Below, in pieces: positions 40,770 through 53,294 of a stretch of 63,925 bases of DNA. A program made the position numbers and the translations under genes. The notes beneath the pieces were generated by a model, which saw nothing but the letters and a program-made list of their open reading frames with translations, was not told the origin of the DNA and made no database searches. Source of the stretch: Octopus vulgaris (taxonomy: Eukaryota); contig OX597820.1 in the NCBI GenBank assembly GCA_951406725.2, forward strand, positions 123,504,076 through 123,568,000, written 5' to 3'. How positions within the stretch are numbered: position 1 is the stretch's first letter; each line of letters starts with the position of its first letter.

Positions 40770-41544
40770 GGTTCGGTGTTTGGGCTACACGTCAATTGAA
40801 GGAATCTAATCTTGCCCAATGGATTTCCTTCTGTGATTCCTTATGGAAAGATGAAAAAAAAAACTATCCTTTTGTTTTTTGAAAAGAATAGCGACAGGGG
40901 ACGAGAAATGGATCGTTTATAATAATGTGAAACGCAAACGAATCATGGCCAAAGTGCAGCGAACCACCGGAAACAACCCCGCAAACTGGACTTTACCCGA
41001 AAAAAGTTATTCGTTCAGTTTCTCATTAAATAGAAGTATTTAAACAGGATATCGTCTTTTACAGGTTTCTAATCATGGACATGATAATTAATTCGGATGA
41101 GTGTTGTGAGCATCTAGACAAATTAAACGCAGCCATTCACTAAAGGTGTCTAACACTTTCGAATCATAATGGCATTGTCTTTCATCACGACAATAAAGTA
41201 CTGCATAAATCTTAGAAGACCAGACAAATATTACTGGGGCTTGAATGGGCATTTTTACCGTACCCATCATATTCATTTGACCTTGCACCTTCAGATCATG
41301 TCTTCTCGAATTTCATTGAATGGACAGAAATTTAATCCTGAAAAGGATGTAAAAATTCACCTGGAAGAGATTTTTCGCCTGTGAAGACAGGAAATTCTAT
41401 AAGCAAGGAATAATGCATCTGACTACATCTGACTGCAGAATTACTGGCACGAAGCGGAAATTGTATCATTGATTGAGTAAGTTCTTTGTGTTTAAAACTT
41501 GTCTTATTTTCACTTAAAAATCCGAACGGACTTTTTGGCCAACG

Positions 41545-41547
<3 letters not shown>
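40770..41547 (+). mobile_element. Decayed mariner (DD34D) transposon, 3' half with TIR
   Basis: DEKWIVYNNVKRKR, VFHHDN and PSYSFDLAPSD motifs; 3' TIR ccgaacggactttttggccaacgcaa followed by TA. Confidence 0.85.
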
Positions 41548-41605
<58 letters not shown>

Positions 41606-42164
41606 TGTATGTATGTATGTATGTATACACACACACACATACATGTGTGTGTGTATACATACATATGTATGTATACACACACATATATATATATATATAT
41701 ACTCTATATTTAAAATCTGCTAAGCGTATTAGCAACATTTAATCAAGCGCAATATGAAGGAAGTAACTATATAAAAAGAAGGTAAAACAACAATAACATC
41801 AACAATATCAACAACAGCAACAACAACAAAGCAATAAAATCACGTGCAAAAGCATATAAAGCAACTAAGCGAACAACATAAAATTAAAGCCTAGCGTAAA
41901 CCCTAACAATGGTGTGTAGATCATGGAAATTCACCCATCTGCTAATAAATGCTAATTTCCCCTGGGAAAAATTTGAAAAAAAATAGTATATAAATAAAAA
42001 TAAATATAAATAACAAATGAAAAAATATAAAAGTAATAAAACTATTATAAAATGACTGATAAATGAAGATAACTTTTCTCTTTCCGTCGTCATATATAAA
42101 TAATTGGTACCTTTATTGTATTCCTTACGAAATGATCTAAAGTACGGTGTATGTGCTCGTTTCC

Positions 42165-42650
42165 AGGCAGACTTGTTGAAGCGTTTGGAAATGTCATACG
42201 ATATTTCTTACTGTTTATTACCTTTTAGAGTTCGAATTCAGCCAAATAAACTTTACTTTCGGGATCGATAAAAAAAAATAGACTCGCCAAATACTAATTG
42301 ATTAATACCCTTCCTCATAAATATGCTGGCCTTGTACTAAAATTTCTTCTTCTTCTTCTTCTTCTTCTTCTTCTTCTTCTTCTTCTTCTTCTTCTTCTTC
42401 TAGTTCTTTTCGTCTTCTTCTTCTTCTTCTTCTTCTTCTTCTTCTTCTTCTTCCACGTCAAACAAAATGCTTAGCAGTATTTCTGCGCTAAAATTTCCGC
42501 CGAAGTCGATTTTGCCTTTTATTCTTTCGGAATTGATAAAAAAAAAAAATTAGTGGGGTCGATGTAATGGACTCTCCTCCTCCTCCTTTGCCTCCTCCTC
42601 CTCCAAATTTCAGGCCTTGAGCCTATAGCAGAAAGGTTTATTATTAATAA
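42165..42650 (+). mobile_element. Two degraded Meta-domain-type SINEs separated by (TTC)n
   Basis: gagttcgaattc / ttcgggatcgataaaa and ttccgccgaagtcgattttgccttt modules. Confidence 0.65.
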
Positions 42651-43015
42651 TATTATTTATTCACTGTCGACGAAGAGAATGCACTCCGAAGAAAAGTATT
42701 TTACAAGATGACAAAATATTCAATAAAAATTATTTGTGCGTACAGATAACTTCCTAAAACCTGAGTTCTTCCCTACAAGATTGACAGAAAAAATAATTTG
42801 TTTGACTTTTGACAAACTACATGGATAGTTTATCATGTTTAAGCTACTGTATTAGCAGTATCATGCGTTTGAGAATAAATTATTTCTGTATCTTTCAATA
42901 CATCTCAATGCTTCTAAAGCAAATTCTGTTTACCTTCATCGTCAGTTGAATTTAATGTTAGCGTCTTATAAAGTTAAATTTATATATCTTAAAATGGCAG
43001 AACAATTCGTTACTG

Positions 43016-43087
43016 AGCATTTTAGCTTAATGGTAAAGCACTTGACGCGTAATCACAGTGATGTGCGTTCGAGTCTCATGGCTGGCC
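43016..43087 (+). pseudogene. tRNA-Thr(CGT)-like pseudogene between two 80-bp direct repeats
   Basis: A box tagcttaatggtaaagc, CGT at 43048-43050, B box gttcgagtc and a T-run just downstream. Acceptor stem is broken. Repeats at 42821-42900 and 43105-43184. Confidence 0.6.
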
Positions 43088-43179
43088 TGTTTTTTCTGTG
43101 CTTTATGGATAGTTTATCATGTTCATGCTATTGTATTAGTATTATCATGCGTTTGAGAATAAATTATTTCTGTATCTTT

Positions 43180-43232
<53 letters not shown>

Positions 43233-43242
<10 letters not shown>

Positions 43243-43679
43243 TAAATTAGAGACAAAACCACTATTAGGCAAATCAAACAATGAAAAACTTAAGCCAATA
43301 AATAAGATTATTTAATTAATATTATTTAAATATATAACAAAATTATTAAAAAAATATAATTAATATCATTGTTTAAACCTCGCCAAGCTAAATATTTAAA
43401 CCACCTGATGAATGACTGTGACTCGAAAATTTGAAGAAGTTAGCAGCCATGAAACGATTAGTGTGTGATATTAATTATATTTTTTTAATAATTTTGTTAT
43501 ATATTTAAATAATATTAATTATATAAGCTTATGTATTGGCTTAAGTTTTTCATTGTTTGATTTGCCTAATAGTGGTTTTGTCTCTAATTTAATATAATAT
43601 AATATTTTACTATAAAATTGGATTCAGTCCTAAATCTGATTTTTCCCTGTAAGTTTGGATTTATTCCCTAATATTTATT

Positions 43680-43697
<18 letters not shown>
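43233..43697. mobile_element. Fold-back PLE-like mini-element (arms about 135 bp) between (TA)n tracts
   Basis: 43233-43368 is inverted at 43466-43601 with few mismatches. Confidence 0.85.
43402..43463 (+). ncRNA. Hammerhead motif in the loop of the fold-back element
   Basis: CAC-CUGAUGA-augacug...cagccau-GAAA-cga-UUA-GUG; stem III imperfect. Confidence 0.65.
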
Positions 43698-43737
<40 letters not shown>

Positions 43738-44902
43738 TCCTTGAGATTTTCTCCAACTAAAGTTTTTTAATTGTTTTGGAAAACTGAAAAAATGTAGATT
43801 AATGCAAACTTGTTGACAGATACACACACATTCACACACACTCACACGCACACATATATGTAAATATTGATTGAAGATAAAAAGAACAACTGTGCAACGA
43901 TGTAAATATCTATAATGATATATCTAATAAGATAATTTTATGTTAATTTACGACTTGTCTATCTAAGAGTTAATTCCCAGTATACTACACATGCAAAAGC
44001 CCACTAACACTACCCCCTCACACACGCATAGACACACGCACATAGTTACTGTTTATAAGCATTCCAATTTTCCTCTTGGTTAGAGATCCCGCCTTTTAAA
44101 TACCCACCAGTTAAGATCACACTATATAGATGACAACTAAATCTCAATAACATTGAATAGTTGTTCCATTAAAGCCGCTACTAATGCCAAACTGCAATAA
44201 ATTTCTCAATGTTTGTCCAGAATATTTTTATATCTTTATAAAGCATGCATTAACGAGTTGGTTTGGCAAAGTAGCCCGAATATAAATCAGCCTTTAATGT
44301 TTATGTTATATATTATGGATATTATAATGGCGTGTCTTGCTCTAAATTTCTTGTTACGATAGATTTAGATTTTGGGAAAGAATTATGAATTTTTCTCTGT
44401 CTAGAGTTTATGTAGAATTCTTACAGACGAGTATCCACATAAACGTATAGAAACTTTACAAGAAAGACATAGTCACATATGAACACAGTTTTCTAAACTG
44501 TGTCGATGGCCATGTCAAATTTTCTATTCATATTCGTCTATAATGGATTAAGATCTGCATCAGTGATTGTCAGCAGTTTCATGAAATGCTGTATTTTAAA
44601 TACTGACGTTTTAAGGAGGTCAAATTTAAGGAGCGGTGGCTGTGGCACAGAGAAACTTTTTACATTCGGGGTTAAACCAACGTTGTTAAACACTATTTAT
44701 TATATGCCTATAGCATTTCCATTTGCGTGGCTCGATCGTTGTGTCAGAGATGACAGGGACAAGAGATTTGGGGGATAATCAACTGAAAATCCAGTTCTTC
44801 GCATAGCGTGTACTGTACAATCCAATATCTCTCTGTCGTTAAGACACATAAGCATTACATGTCCCTTTGTTTATGGCTGCGAATGTGCGTGTGTGTGTGT
44901 AA

Positions 44903-44940
<38 letters not shown>

Positions 44941-44955
44941 ACCCATAAGCATTAC

Positions 44956-45345
44956 AACGGCAGTTTTTAACATAAATTCTAGGTAACTAAAAAAATTTAA
45001 ACTTCTTATACTTTTTCTGTTGGCTTTATTGAGAAAATTCTATAGTTTGTAAGATATTTGTTGTTGTTTTTCTTCGAAATCTGCAATTTCAACCAATCAA
45101 TGACCGTCTATAGAGGTGAAAATATTCTGTACCGTAAGAAACAGATTGGGTTTATTTACATTTGTGAAGGAAAAAGATACCCTTCCCACATCTCTAACCC
45201 TAACCCTAACCATAACTAACCCTAACTAACCCTAACCTTAAACCACATTGAAATGCAATAGATCGATACTAGGGTCATAATAATGGGTGACAATTTCATA
45301 TGACACCGCTACAAAAAAAATGCCGTTCAAACCGAAAACATCCAT
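44956..45345. mobile_element. Short element with inverted repeats carrying interstitial telomere-like (CCCTAA)n at 45194-45244
   Basis: aacggcagttttt (44956) / aaaaaatgccgtt (45315-45327); about 8 degenerate CCCTAA units. Confidence 0.55.
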
Positions 45346-46288
45346 GAAATCTGTTATGAGGATGTTACTAACCTTTTTTGAGAAGTTTTTTTTTCTAGGG
45401 TGTGAGCGCTTTCGCTAAACCTATAAATATATTAGAAAGAAAATAGAAAGCCCTTGGTACATGACTTGGTCCTGGGTTTTTGTGTGCGTGCGTATGTATG
45501 TGTGCATAGGTGTGTATGTATGCGCATGTGTTTGTATGTGTTGGTGTTGGCATGTGTAATTAAACATTTCCTATTTAAACTAATGTTTTCAACTAAATTT
45601 TTAAACGTGGATGGCAGGAACCCACATTAATATAACTAAATCTATCGTTGGACTTCCTATAAGGTATATAAATATTCTTATTTAGATCTAAGAATACATC
45701 TAGGAAATTGATAACCGTCAGGTTGGTATCTAAATAAGAGTGTGTGTATTTTTAGACGTGTATTTGAACATAACTGTGCCCATATGGGTATGTGCACGTG
45801 TGTGTAGATTTGTTTACGTGTACATGCATGGTTGCATATATATATATGCATCTATTTGGCGTATGTATAAGTGCGCATGTGTGTGTTCCATGCGAGTCTG
45901 AGTGAGCATATGCATATAGGCACATGCACGTGGGTGTGCGTAGGCGCATATGTATGTATGTACATGCGAGCATACGCGATTGCTATGAACATTTTTACTC
46001 CTTTACTTTTTACTTCCCTTCGGTTTTTTCCCTTATTTAACGGTCATTTTCATAGCATATTTGAATTGCCTCGATAACTGAAGAGATGCCAGTGCAGATT
46101 TCCGCCCCGATATCCGAACCTTAGAGCTTTATAATGGCAACCGAATAATTACCACATATTAAATTACATATATATATATATATATATATATAACATCAAC
46201 ATTTTTATTGTCTGCCGTAAGGTTCAATTCCTAACGCAACAGCTGAATTCGATTCGCCTCCAGTCGAAAGACGCCTGTTGTGATGTTC

Positions 46289-46354
<66 letters not shown>

Positions 46355-46482
46355 CATCATCGTTTTTTCGTATTATTTTTGTATTTATATTCGTGTAACA
46401 TCGTCCGTTTTTCTGTCCTTGTTTCGAAGCTTTTTTTCCAAGGAATCTAAGGCTCTTAGCTTAGTTTTTTCCTTGGGGTTGG

Positions 46483-46557
46483 CCAGATTGGAACAATTTC
46501 AAGATTAATCAACCGAAACTGCGAGGATAATCCGGTTCTTGACTGAATATAAAAGGC
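46483..46557 (+). ncRNA. Putative non-circularly permuted hammerhead-like motif
   Basis: caAUU-UCAAGA ... GAAAcug ... UCUUGA-CUGAAUA. 6-bp stem I in exact register; G8 deviates and stem II is weak. Confidence 0.45.
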
Positions 46558-46623
46558 TTCGAATGATCCGTCCGTGTTTTTTGTATCGTCTTCTAGATGT
46601 TTTGCCTTCTTGTCCCATTTTGC

Positions 46624-46680
<57 letters not shown>

Positions 46681-46695
46681 GCCTATATATATATA

Positions 46696-47097
46696 GGCGC
46701 AGGAGTGGCTGTATGGTAAGTAGCTTGCTAACCAACAACATGGTTCCGGGTTCAGTCCCACTGCGTGGGCAAGCGTTCTGCTATAGCCCCGGGCCGGCCA
46801 ATGCCTTGTGAGTGGATTTGGTAGACGGAAACTGAAAGAAGCCTGTCGTATATATGTATATATATGTATATATGCGTGTTTGTGTGTGTGTTTGTCCCCC
46901 TAGCATTGCTTGACAACCGATGCTGGTGTGTTTACGTCCACGTAACTAAGCGGGTCGGCAAAAGAGATCGATAGAATAAGTTCTGGGCTTACAAAGAATA
47001 AGTCCCGGGGTCGATTTGCTCGACTAAAGGCGGTGCTCCAGCATGGCCGCAGTCAAATGACTGAAACAAGTAAAAGAGAGTAAAAGAGAGAAGAGAG
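46696..47097 (+). mobile_element. Full-length CORE-type tRNA SINE
   Basis: A box tggctgtatggtaag, B box ggttcagtccc, internal (TA)/(TG) tract, tail gtcaaatgactgaaacaagtaaaagag. At least 6 related copies in the window. Confidence 0.92.
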
Positions 47098-47751
47098 TAC
47101 GCGGATGACGCCATGTTAAAGATTGTGCAGTTGGCAATGAACTACTCCTGCTCAGTATATGTTGCTCTTACTGTCTGTGTATATTAATATTATAACGACA
47201 TTAGTTCTTCAACAGTGGAATATGCAGCAAATTATAACTTGATGATTGAATTTTACTACTTGAAGTCTTTCTCTAGTATCTCAATTCCATTAGTAATTAA
47301 CTGGTCTAATTAGTGCAAGTTATGCTGTTGACCGATATTTCCGCATCGGTAATGTACATACACGTTCAGAAATCTTGAATGCTAATACCATCGATGTTTT
47401 CTTCCCTTTTACTGTCATATAAATGAGCGAACTCTCACGAAATATCATTTCTGTATAAAAATAATCTGTGTCATGTCATGCAGTTATCTGATGAGAATTC
47501 TGTGATGGCAGGATATCTGTCACTTGATCATGTAAAGTCACTGCCTTAGGCAGTAAGTCGCGAGGATCTGGATCAAACAGTTTTAAATAATATATTTAAC
47601 ACCTACTAAATGTGTTGAGTGCATTTGTCTTCCTTTGTCCGCTATATATATATAATATAGTTAATCCAAAGATGAAAACACAAAGAGAAAACAAACAACG
47701 CGAGAACGTGGAACAAGTATAGTGTTATATGACGCTCAGAAAAGAAGGAGG

Positions 47752-47786
47752 GTTTAACGTTTCGAGCGGAGCTCTTCGTCAGAAAC
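47752..47786 (-). ncRNA. Minimal type I hammerhead ribozyme (palindromic AACGUU stem III) in a TA-flanked unit (about 47655-47852)
   Basis: GUUU-CUGACGA-a-gagc-ucc-gcuc-GAAA-c-GUU-AAAC. Confidence 0.82.
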
Positions 47787-48238
47787 ATAGGAAAAAGAAA
47801 GATCCAAGGAAGGGAATATTGAGGGAAAATATCGCCAACGGTACACACGCGATATATATACATATACAAGAAGGTTTGGAGATGATGGTACAATTTGAAA
47901 ACTCCACTAGAGTGGACGAAAGCGCTAATATATGATATATGATTTATTGAAACATGTAACATACTAATAAATATCTGTAAATCTAAAACCATCAAGATTT
48001 TTGAGTACCTTATTTCTTCTAATAAACACACACACACACTCACACAAATATATATATATATATATATTGCAGTAAAATGGCAGAAACATCGATGATATTA
48101 GCATTCAAGATTTCTGAATGTGTATGCACATTTCTTAGCCGAAGATATAATGACTTTAGTTCTGCAACTGAGCAGGAGCAACAGTGGTGTGTGCATCGAA
48201 TTATAACTTGATGACTGAATTTCACTACTTCAAGTCTT

Positions 48239-48308
<70 letters not shown>

Positions 48309-48453
48309 TTAAGTAATTGAGATTCTAGTGAATTCTAAAGAATTCACATGAATATGGTCCTTAACTAGGATGCACCGGATATCTATATGGTGTTAGCCAT
48401 ACGACAATGGGGTGATTATAAATAGGAAAAAAGCAACAAGAATGGATTAAAAT

Positions 48454-48539
48454 CTCGGTACGATCGTTTCGTACGAGGACATCTTTAATAAGCTACAAAA
48501 AATGCAGTGAATACAGATGGCTCGTACTCGTCAGCCGAA
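48454..48539 (-). ncRNA. Intact type I hammerhead ribozyme in a (TA)n-flanked unit (48306-48652)
   Basis: UUCGG-CUGACGA-guacgag..caucu...agaug..cucguac-GAAA-cgauc-GUA-CCGAG. All core residues present, 7-bp perfect stem II, palindromic stem III. Confidence 0.92.
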
Positions 48540-48649
48540 AAAATATCAGAGAATTCTCAAACATCAAAAGGGGTAGATACAAAAGAGGTCGTAGGATTAA
48601 CTGCATTGAAGAAAGTTCGATTCATGGAGATCCGATGAAAGGTTTTAAA

Positions 48650-48707
<58 letters not shown>

Positions 48708-49154
48708 AGTATGTGCGCGCACGTATGAGTGTGTGTACATGTGTATTTATGTGCCTATATGCATATTAAAATATGTGGTATTTGTGTGTACAGACAGGTA
48801 TACGTATACAACTGCATAAATATTTACATATACACACACACATAAATGCAGATATATATAGTCCAACATTTCAATAAATCCAATTATTAATTTGTCCTCC
48901 ATTAGAATTTTCTTTAAGGTTTTGCATTTTCTAGGCCATTTTACATATATTGTATTAAATTTTGAAAGCGGAACTCGGACTTTCTAATTATTGAATGAGT
49001 ATATACATTTTTGGGGACATACTATTTGCTATTACCAGGCAAAAGGAATATATGTATGAGTGTGTGTGTGTGTGTGTGTGTGTCTGTGTGTGCACGCACG
49101 CGATGTGAGTACTTGTCTGTGTGTGTGTATCTATGCATATATATGTGTATATAA

Positions 49155-49385
49155 GGCGGCGAACTGGCAGAAACGTTAGCACGCCGGATGAAATTCTTAG
49201 CCGTATTTCGTCTGCCGCTACGTTCTGAGTTCAAATTCCCCCGAGATCGACTTTGCCTTTCATCCTTTCGGGGTCGATAAATTAAGTACCAGTTACGCAC
49301 TGGGGTCGATATAATCGACTTAATCCGTTTGTCTGCCCATGTTTGTCATCTCTGTGTTCAGCCCCTTGTGGGTAGTAAAGAAATA
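49155..49385 (+). mobile_element. Full-length Meta-domain-type tRNA SINE
   Basis: A box tggcagaaacgttag, B box gagttcaaatt, central gcctttcatcctttcggggtcgataaattaagtaccag domain. Confidence 0.9.
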
Positions 49386-50099
49386 TATATATGTGTATAT
49401 GTACACACATGGGTTTCTGAGATCGCATACTCTACATAATATACTAAATATGAAATAAAATTGCAGATACAATCAAATAGAGATTATTTCTTGATTAAGT
49501 GGTCAACCTAAGGACGACTTATGCTATTTTAAACAAACCAACATACACCAACAACTGAAAGCATTGCTTAATTTGCAAATATTAAGATTGAAGTAAGTAG
49601 TTCAAAAAATCGATAAACGTTATCAACGTGTGTAACGAACATGTATGCGTACAAATACTTTACGAGTGTAAAAATACGAATATGCATTTGTATACTTTAC
49701 GAGTGCAACACGCGTTTATGCATGCGTATACTTTAAAAGAGTAATGAATATATATGGGTGCGCATACTATAAAAGTGGAACAAACTTGAATCCATAATAG
49801 AAGATGCTTCTTTAAAAAGCAGAAACGTTAAAACAATCTACATTTAATTTCTATGCAACTGAAGTTCATATAAAGTTCTTCCTGCTTTAAGCATGCGTAT
49901 GTAACGACGTTGCTCAGATTTAGTCCGAATGTACGGCAATTTAACCATGTACATTCTACCAAAACCTCCGACTGAACAATACCCCGAATGTTAAATGGTT
50001 AACTGTATAGCCGTGGCTGTATGCATACATACATACATACATACACAGACAGACAGACAGAAACACACACACACACATGGTTCATAGCAAAATCTACAA

Positions 50100-50398
50100 G
50101 TTTCATTTATTCGCTCTCTGTTCATTTTCTCTTATTCTTTTCTGTTGAAGAGCGTAGGGTCGAAACCTAAAAAACCTTCTCACTTTCCCGAGCGTCAATC
50201 TAATACACCTGTCTGTTGTTCATACGCCTGTCTTCGTCTTTTGTTTCTCTCCTTGTTTTTTTTTCTGTGTCCCTTTCTGTAGAAGAGCGTAGGCTCGAAA
50301 CGTAAAATACTTTTTCTATTCCTGAGCGTTATACTAATACATTTGTTTGTTTTGTACACCACCTGTCTTCGTCTTTTGTTTTTTTTTTCGTAAGCTCT

Positions 50399-50402
<4 letters not shown>
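50100..50402 (+). mobile_element. Tandem pair of 135-150 bp PLE-like terminal repeats, each with a minimal hammerhead variant (50138-50172, 50273-50307)
   Basis: CUGUUGA-a-gagcguaggguc-GAAAccua and CUGUAGA-a-gagc-guag-gcuc-GAAA-c-GUA-aaa. Shared downstream cctgtcttcgtcttttgttt; ends at (TA)n. Confidence 0.75.
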
Positions 50403-50448
<46 letters not shown>

Positions 50449-50462
50449 GTGTGTGTGTGTGT

Positions 50463-50629
50463 AGCAGTAAATATTCGGAAGTGAATATTTATTTATAAGA
50501 TATTAATATTGATAGTATTATCGAATGCAATATAAAGAGTATATAATAGGAGAAATATAGGTAGTTGCAAGCCCCAAAATTAGCATTATATAGCTAAAGA
50601 ATTAAAATTATGTTAAGTATAAGGACACA
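50463..50629. repeat. Unclassified dispersed repeat (second copy about 59016-59186)
   Basis: agcagtaaatattcggaag...tagcattatatagctaaagaattaaaattat..aggacaca occurs twice. Confidence 0.7.
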
Positions 50630-50990
50630 TTAAAGTGTCTGCTCGCTAGAAATAAGAGTCAAAACCTATATTTATACCTCAAAAGAGAACACGAAAAAAA
50701 ACACTTTAATTTGTTCTTTATCATCAATAAATAAATAAATAAATCTATCTATCTACCTATCTATATATATATATATCTATAGTGCACTGTTCTGTGAGGG
50801 TAAGATCAACAAAAAGCACTTCGTCTTGGTGAGAGATAATTATGATTTAATAAACACAATGTATATTTCATGAGCTACTGTTAGTTTCATGCAATGAAAG
50901 GAGCTCAGAAAACATTTTCATTACGTCTGGCAGCGTAATACTCAAAAGATGCTGTCTGTACTGCTTTCATCACATGTAATAGCTCATATA

Positions 50991-51039
<49 letters not shown>

Positions 51040-51215
51040 GAACGTATATAAACAGGTGATACAAATATTACAGGCACCCCCCACACACACACACTAACTA
51101 AACATAGACGCACATAGAGATATACGCATGCGCAAATGAAGACACATACAATAGAAATACAAAATGGCTGGCGGTTAGTAAGGAGAGACACACAAATAAG
51201 AAAAAAGAAAGCAAA

Positions 51216-51260
51216 GGACCACTGATGCGGTCACAGGAGTGTGACGAAATAACTCTAGCC
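51216..51260 (+). ncRNA. Degenerate hammerhead-like motif in a (TA)n-flanked unit
   Basis: CUGAUGC-g-gucac..gugac-GAAA; A9 substituted and stems I/III decayed. Confidence 0.35.
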
Positions 51261-51372
51261 GAAATAAGATTAAGATTAATGTAAAAAATAAATAACGCTG
51301 AAGCAAAGTAACACCAAATATATAGTGCGTGTGTTTTTATTGGCTAAACTGGCAAAACGACCATTCCCAAAT

Positions 51373-51457
<85 letters not shown>

Positions 51458-52734
51458 ACTCGTTTCAGATTTCTTTAAAGTATCATCAAAGGCTAAATAA
51501 CATCTGACACTGAGAATTTCACACAATCACGGACGGTGCTACAGTGTACTGGAGGTTGATGCTAATTGCAGCTTTAAAATAGAAGCTTGAATCAATAATA
51601 GAAGTTATTTAGATTGCCTAATTTTGATAACATTTCTAGGGTTGTTTCGCTTGAATCCATAAACTATAACGGAATGTTATTACGGAACAGCACTTCTGAA
51701 ATGCCGGGATGCCAGTTTCCAGAATTTCTAAGTTATCAAGGGTTCTTGCTTTCGATTCCACTATCTGACATCATGAGCAATTGTCTGTAAAAGTTGTCTC
51801 CTATCATACTATGCCTAGTGAATGCAATTTGACTGACGAAAACTGTGCATCCTACTCGTAATCGACCTATACCGTTATGTCACACATTGTATCACACTGA
51901 GAATTATATTGAGCGTATACACTTGTGGCTTATACTCAGCCACTGACACCTAATTCAGTGGGTAGTTATCCTCGTCGTCGAGACCGATGGACATCTAATT
52001 CATGGTGAATTTTAATCTCAAGGTAGGATCCATCATTTTGAGAGACTGCTAATTAAGATGTACGTATTGTTAAATGTGTTAATAAGCTGGGAACAATACA
52101 AAATATATAGCAAAGAATTAAAATATATATCCGTATGAGACTCCAAACTTTGATGTCTTTCTGTTTCTTGTGTCACATATACAATTATTGTTTGAGTCTA
52201 ATTATGATTTCTTTGTAATATTAATGGGTTCTTTGTGATAATATTGATTTCTTTGTCATGACAAATAAAGTAATATCAGTGATTTCTTTCTAATAATAAT
52301 TGGTTCTTATTGTATTATGATAATTATACACATCAAATTTATGGTAACACATTGCTATTTGTTTTTCATAAATAAAAGAAACCGCCACGGAGCAAAGCAA
52401 TGGAATGTAAAAATATATATATATCTTACACAAACACGAGCGCGTGTGCGTGTGAGTGTGTGTGCGCATGCGTAGGTTTAATGTATTACGTGAGTGTTTA
52501 AGATTTTAAATCTGTGAAATCAAATACATATATTTTAAGCTCAATGTGCTATAGGTCACCAACGCTTACAGTATATTTCGTGGAAAGGAAACAACATTTA
52601 GCCCTTTATATCCAGTTGTACATTGTTACAATGAAACACACAAGTAACTTATTTTGAAATCTCTGTACACAGATTATGCTATTTCCAATATATATGTTTT
52701 TCTTTTTTAATTTCTAATTGTGAAATGTAAAAAT

Positions 52735-53026
52735 CCCTCTCGGGCATGGATAACCATGAAATTGCACATAGAAATTTACTCTGCCCGGGCAAGATTGTTT
52801 ATGGAAGACCAGCAGTCGCCCATGCTTTTCAGCCTCCCCTATCTACAGCATCGATGTTATCCAAGGGCAAAGCAAAGGGGCCGATACAGCTTGGCAACAG
52901 TGACGTCGCAACTCATTTCTACAGCTGAGTGAACTGGAGCAAGCCGAAATAAATTGTCTTGCTCAAAAACACAGTCCGGTGTGGGAATCGAACTCACACT
53001 CTAAACATTGAGCCATGCGACTTCAC
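52735..53026 (-). mobile_element. tRNA-derived SINE (further family)
   Basis: Minus strand has tggctcaatgttta (A-box-like), gagttcgattccc (B box) and ttgagcaagaca. A partial similar head lies at about 23030-23158. Confidence 0.7.
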
Positions 53027-53146
53027 ATTTGTAACTGTAAGCATAAGCTAATGAGCTCCAAATTAAAATATCAAGCAGCTTCATGTCATGAGACATACTG
53101 ACTGGTACTGCAGCATCGTGACAATATCGTATAGTATTGTGTATGT

Positions 53147-53183
<37 letters not shown>

Positions 53184-53294
53184 CGTGTGTGTGTGTGTGT
53201 GCGTGTGCTGTGTGTGTGTGCGTGTGCGTGTGTGTGTGTGCGTGTTTATATATATATATGTGCGTGTTATATATATATATATATATATATATAC

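Noticed and set aside
46237-46280. caacag-CUGAAUU..GAAAgacgc-cuguug HHR-like motif
   Set aside because: Stem I is good, but G8, A9 and U16.1 are all missing; at best a dead relic.
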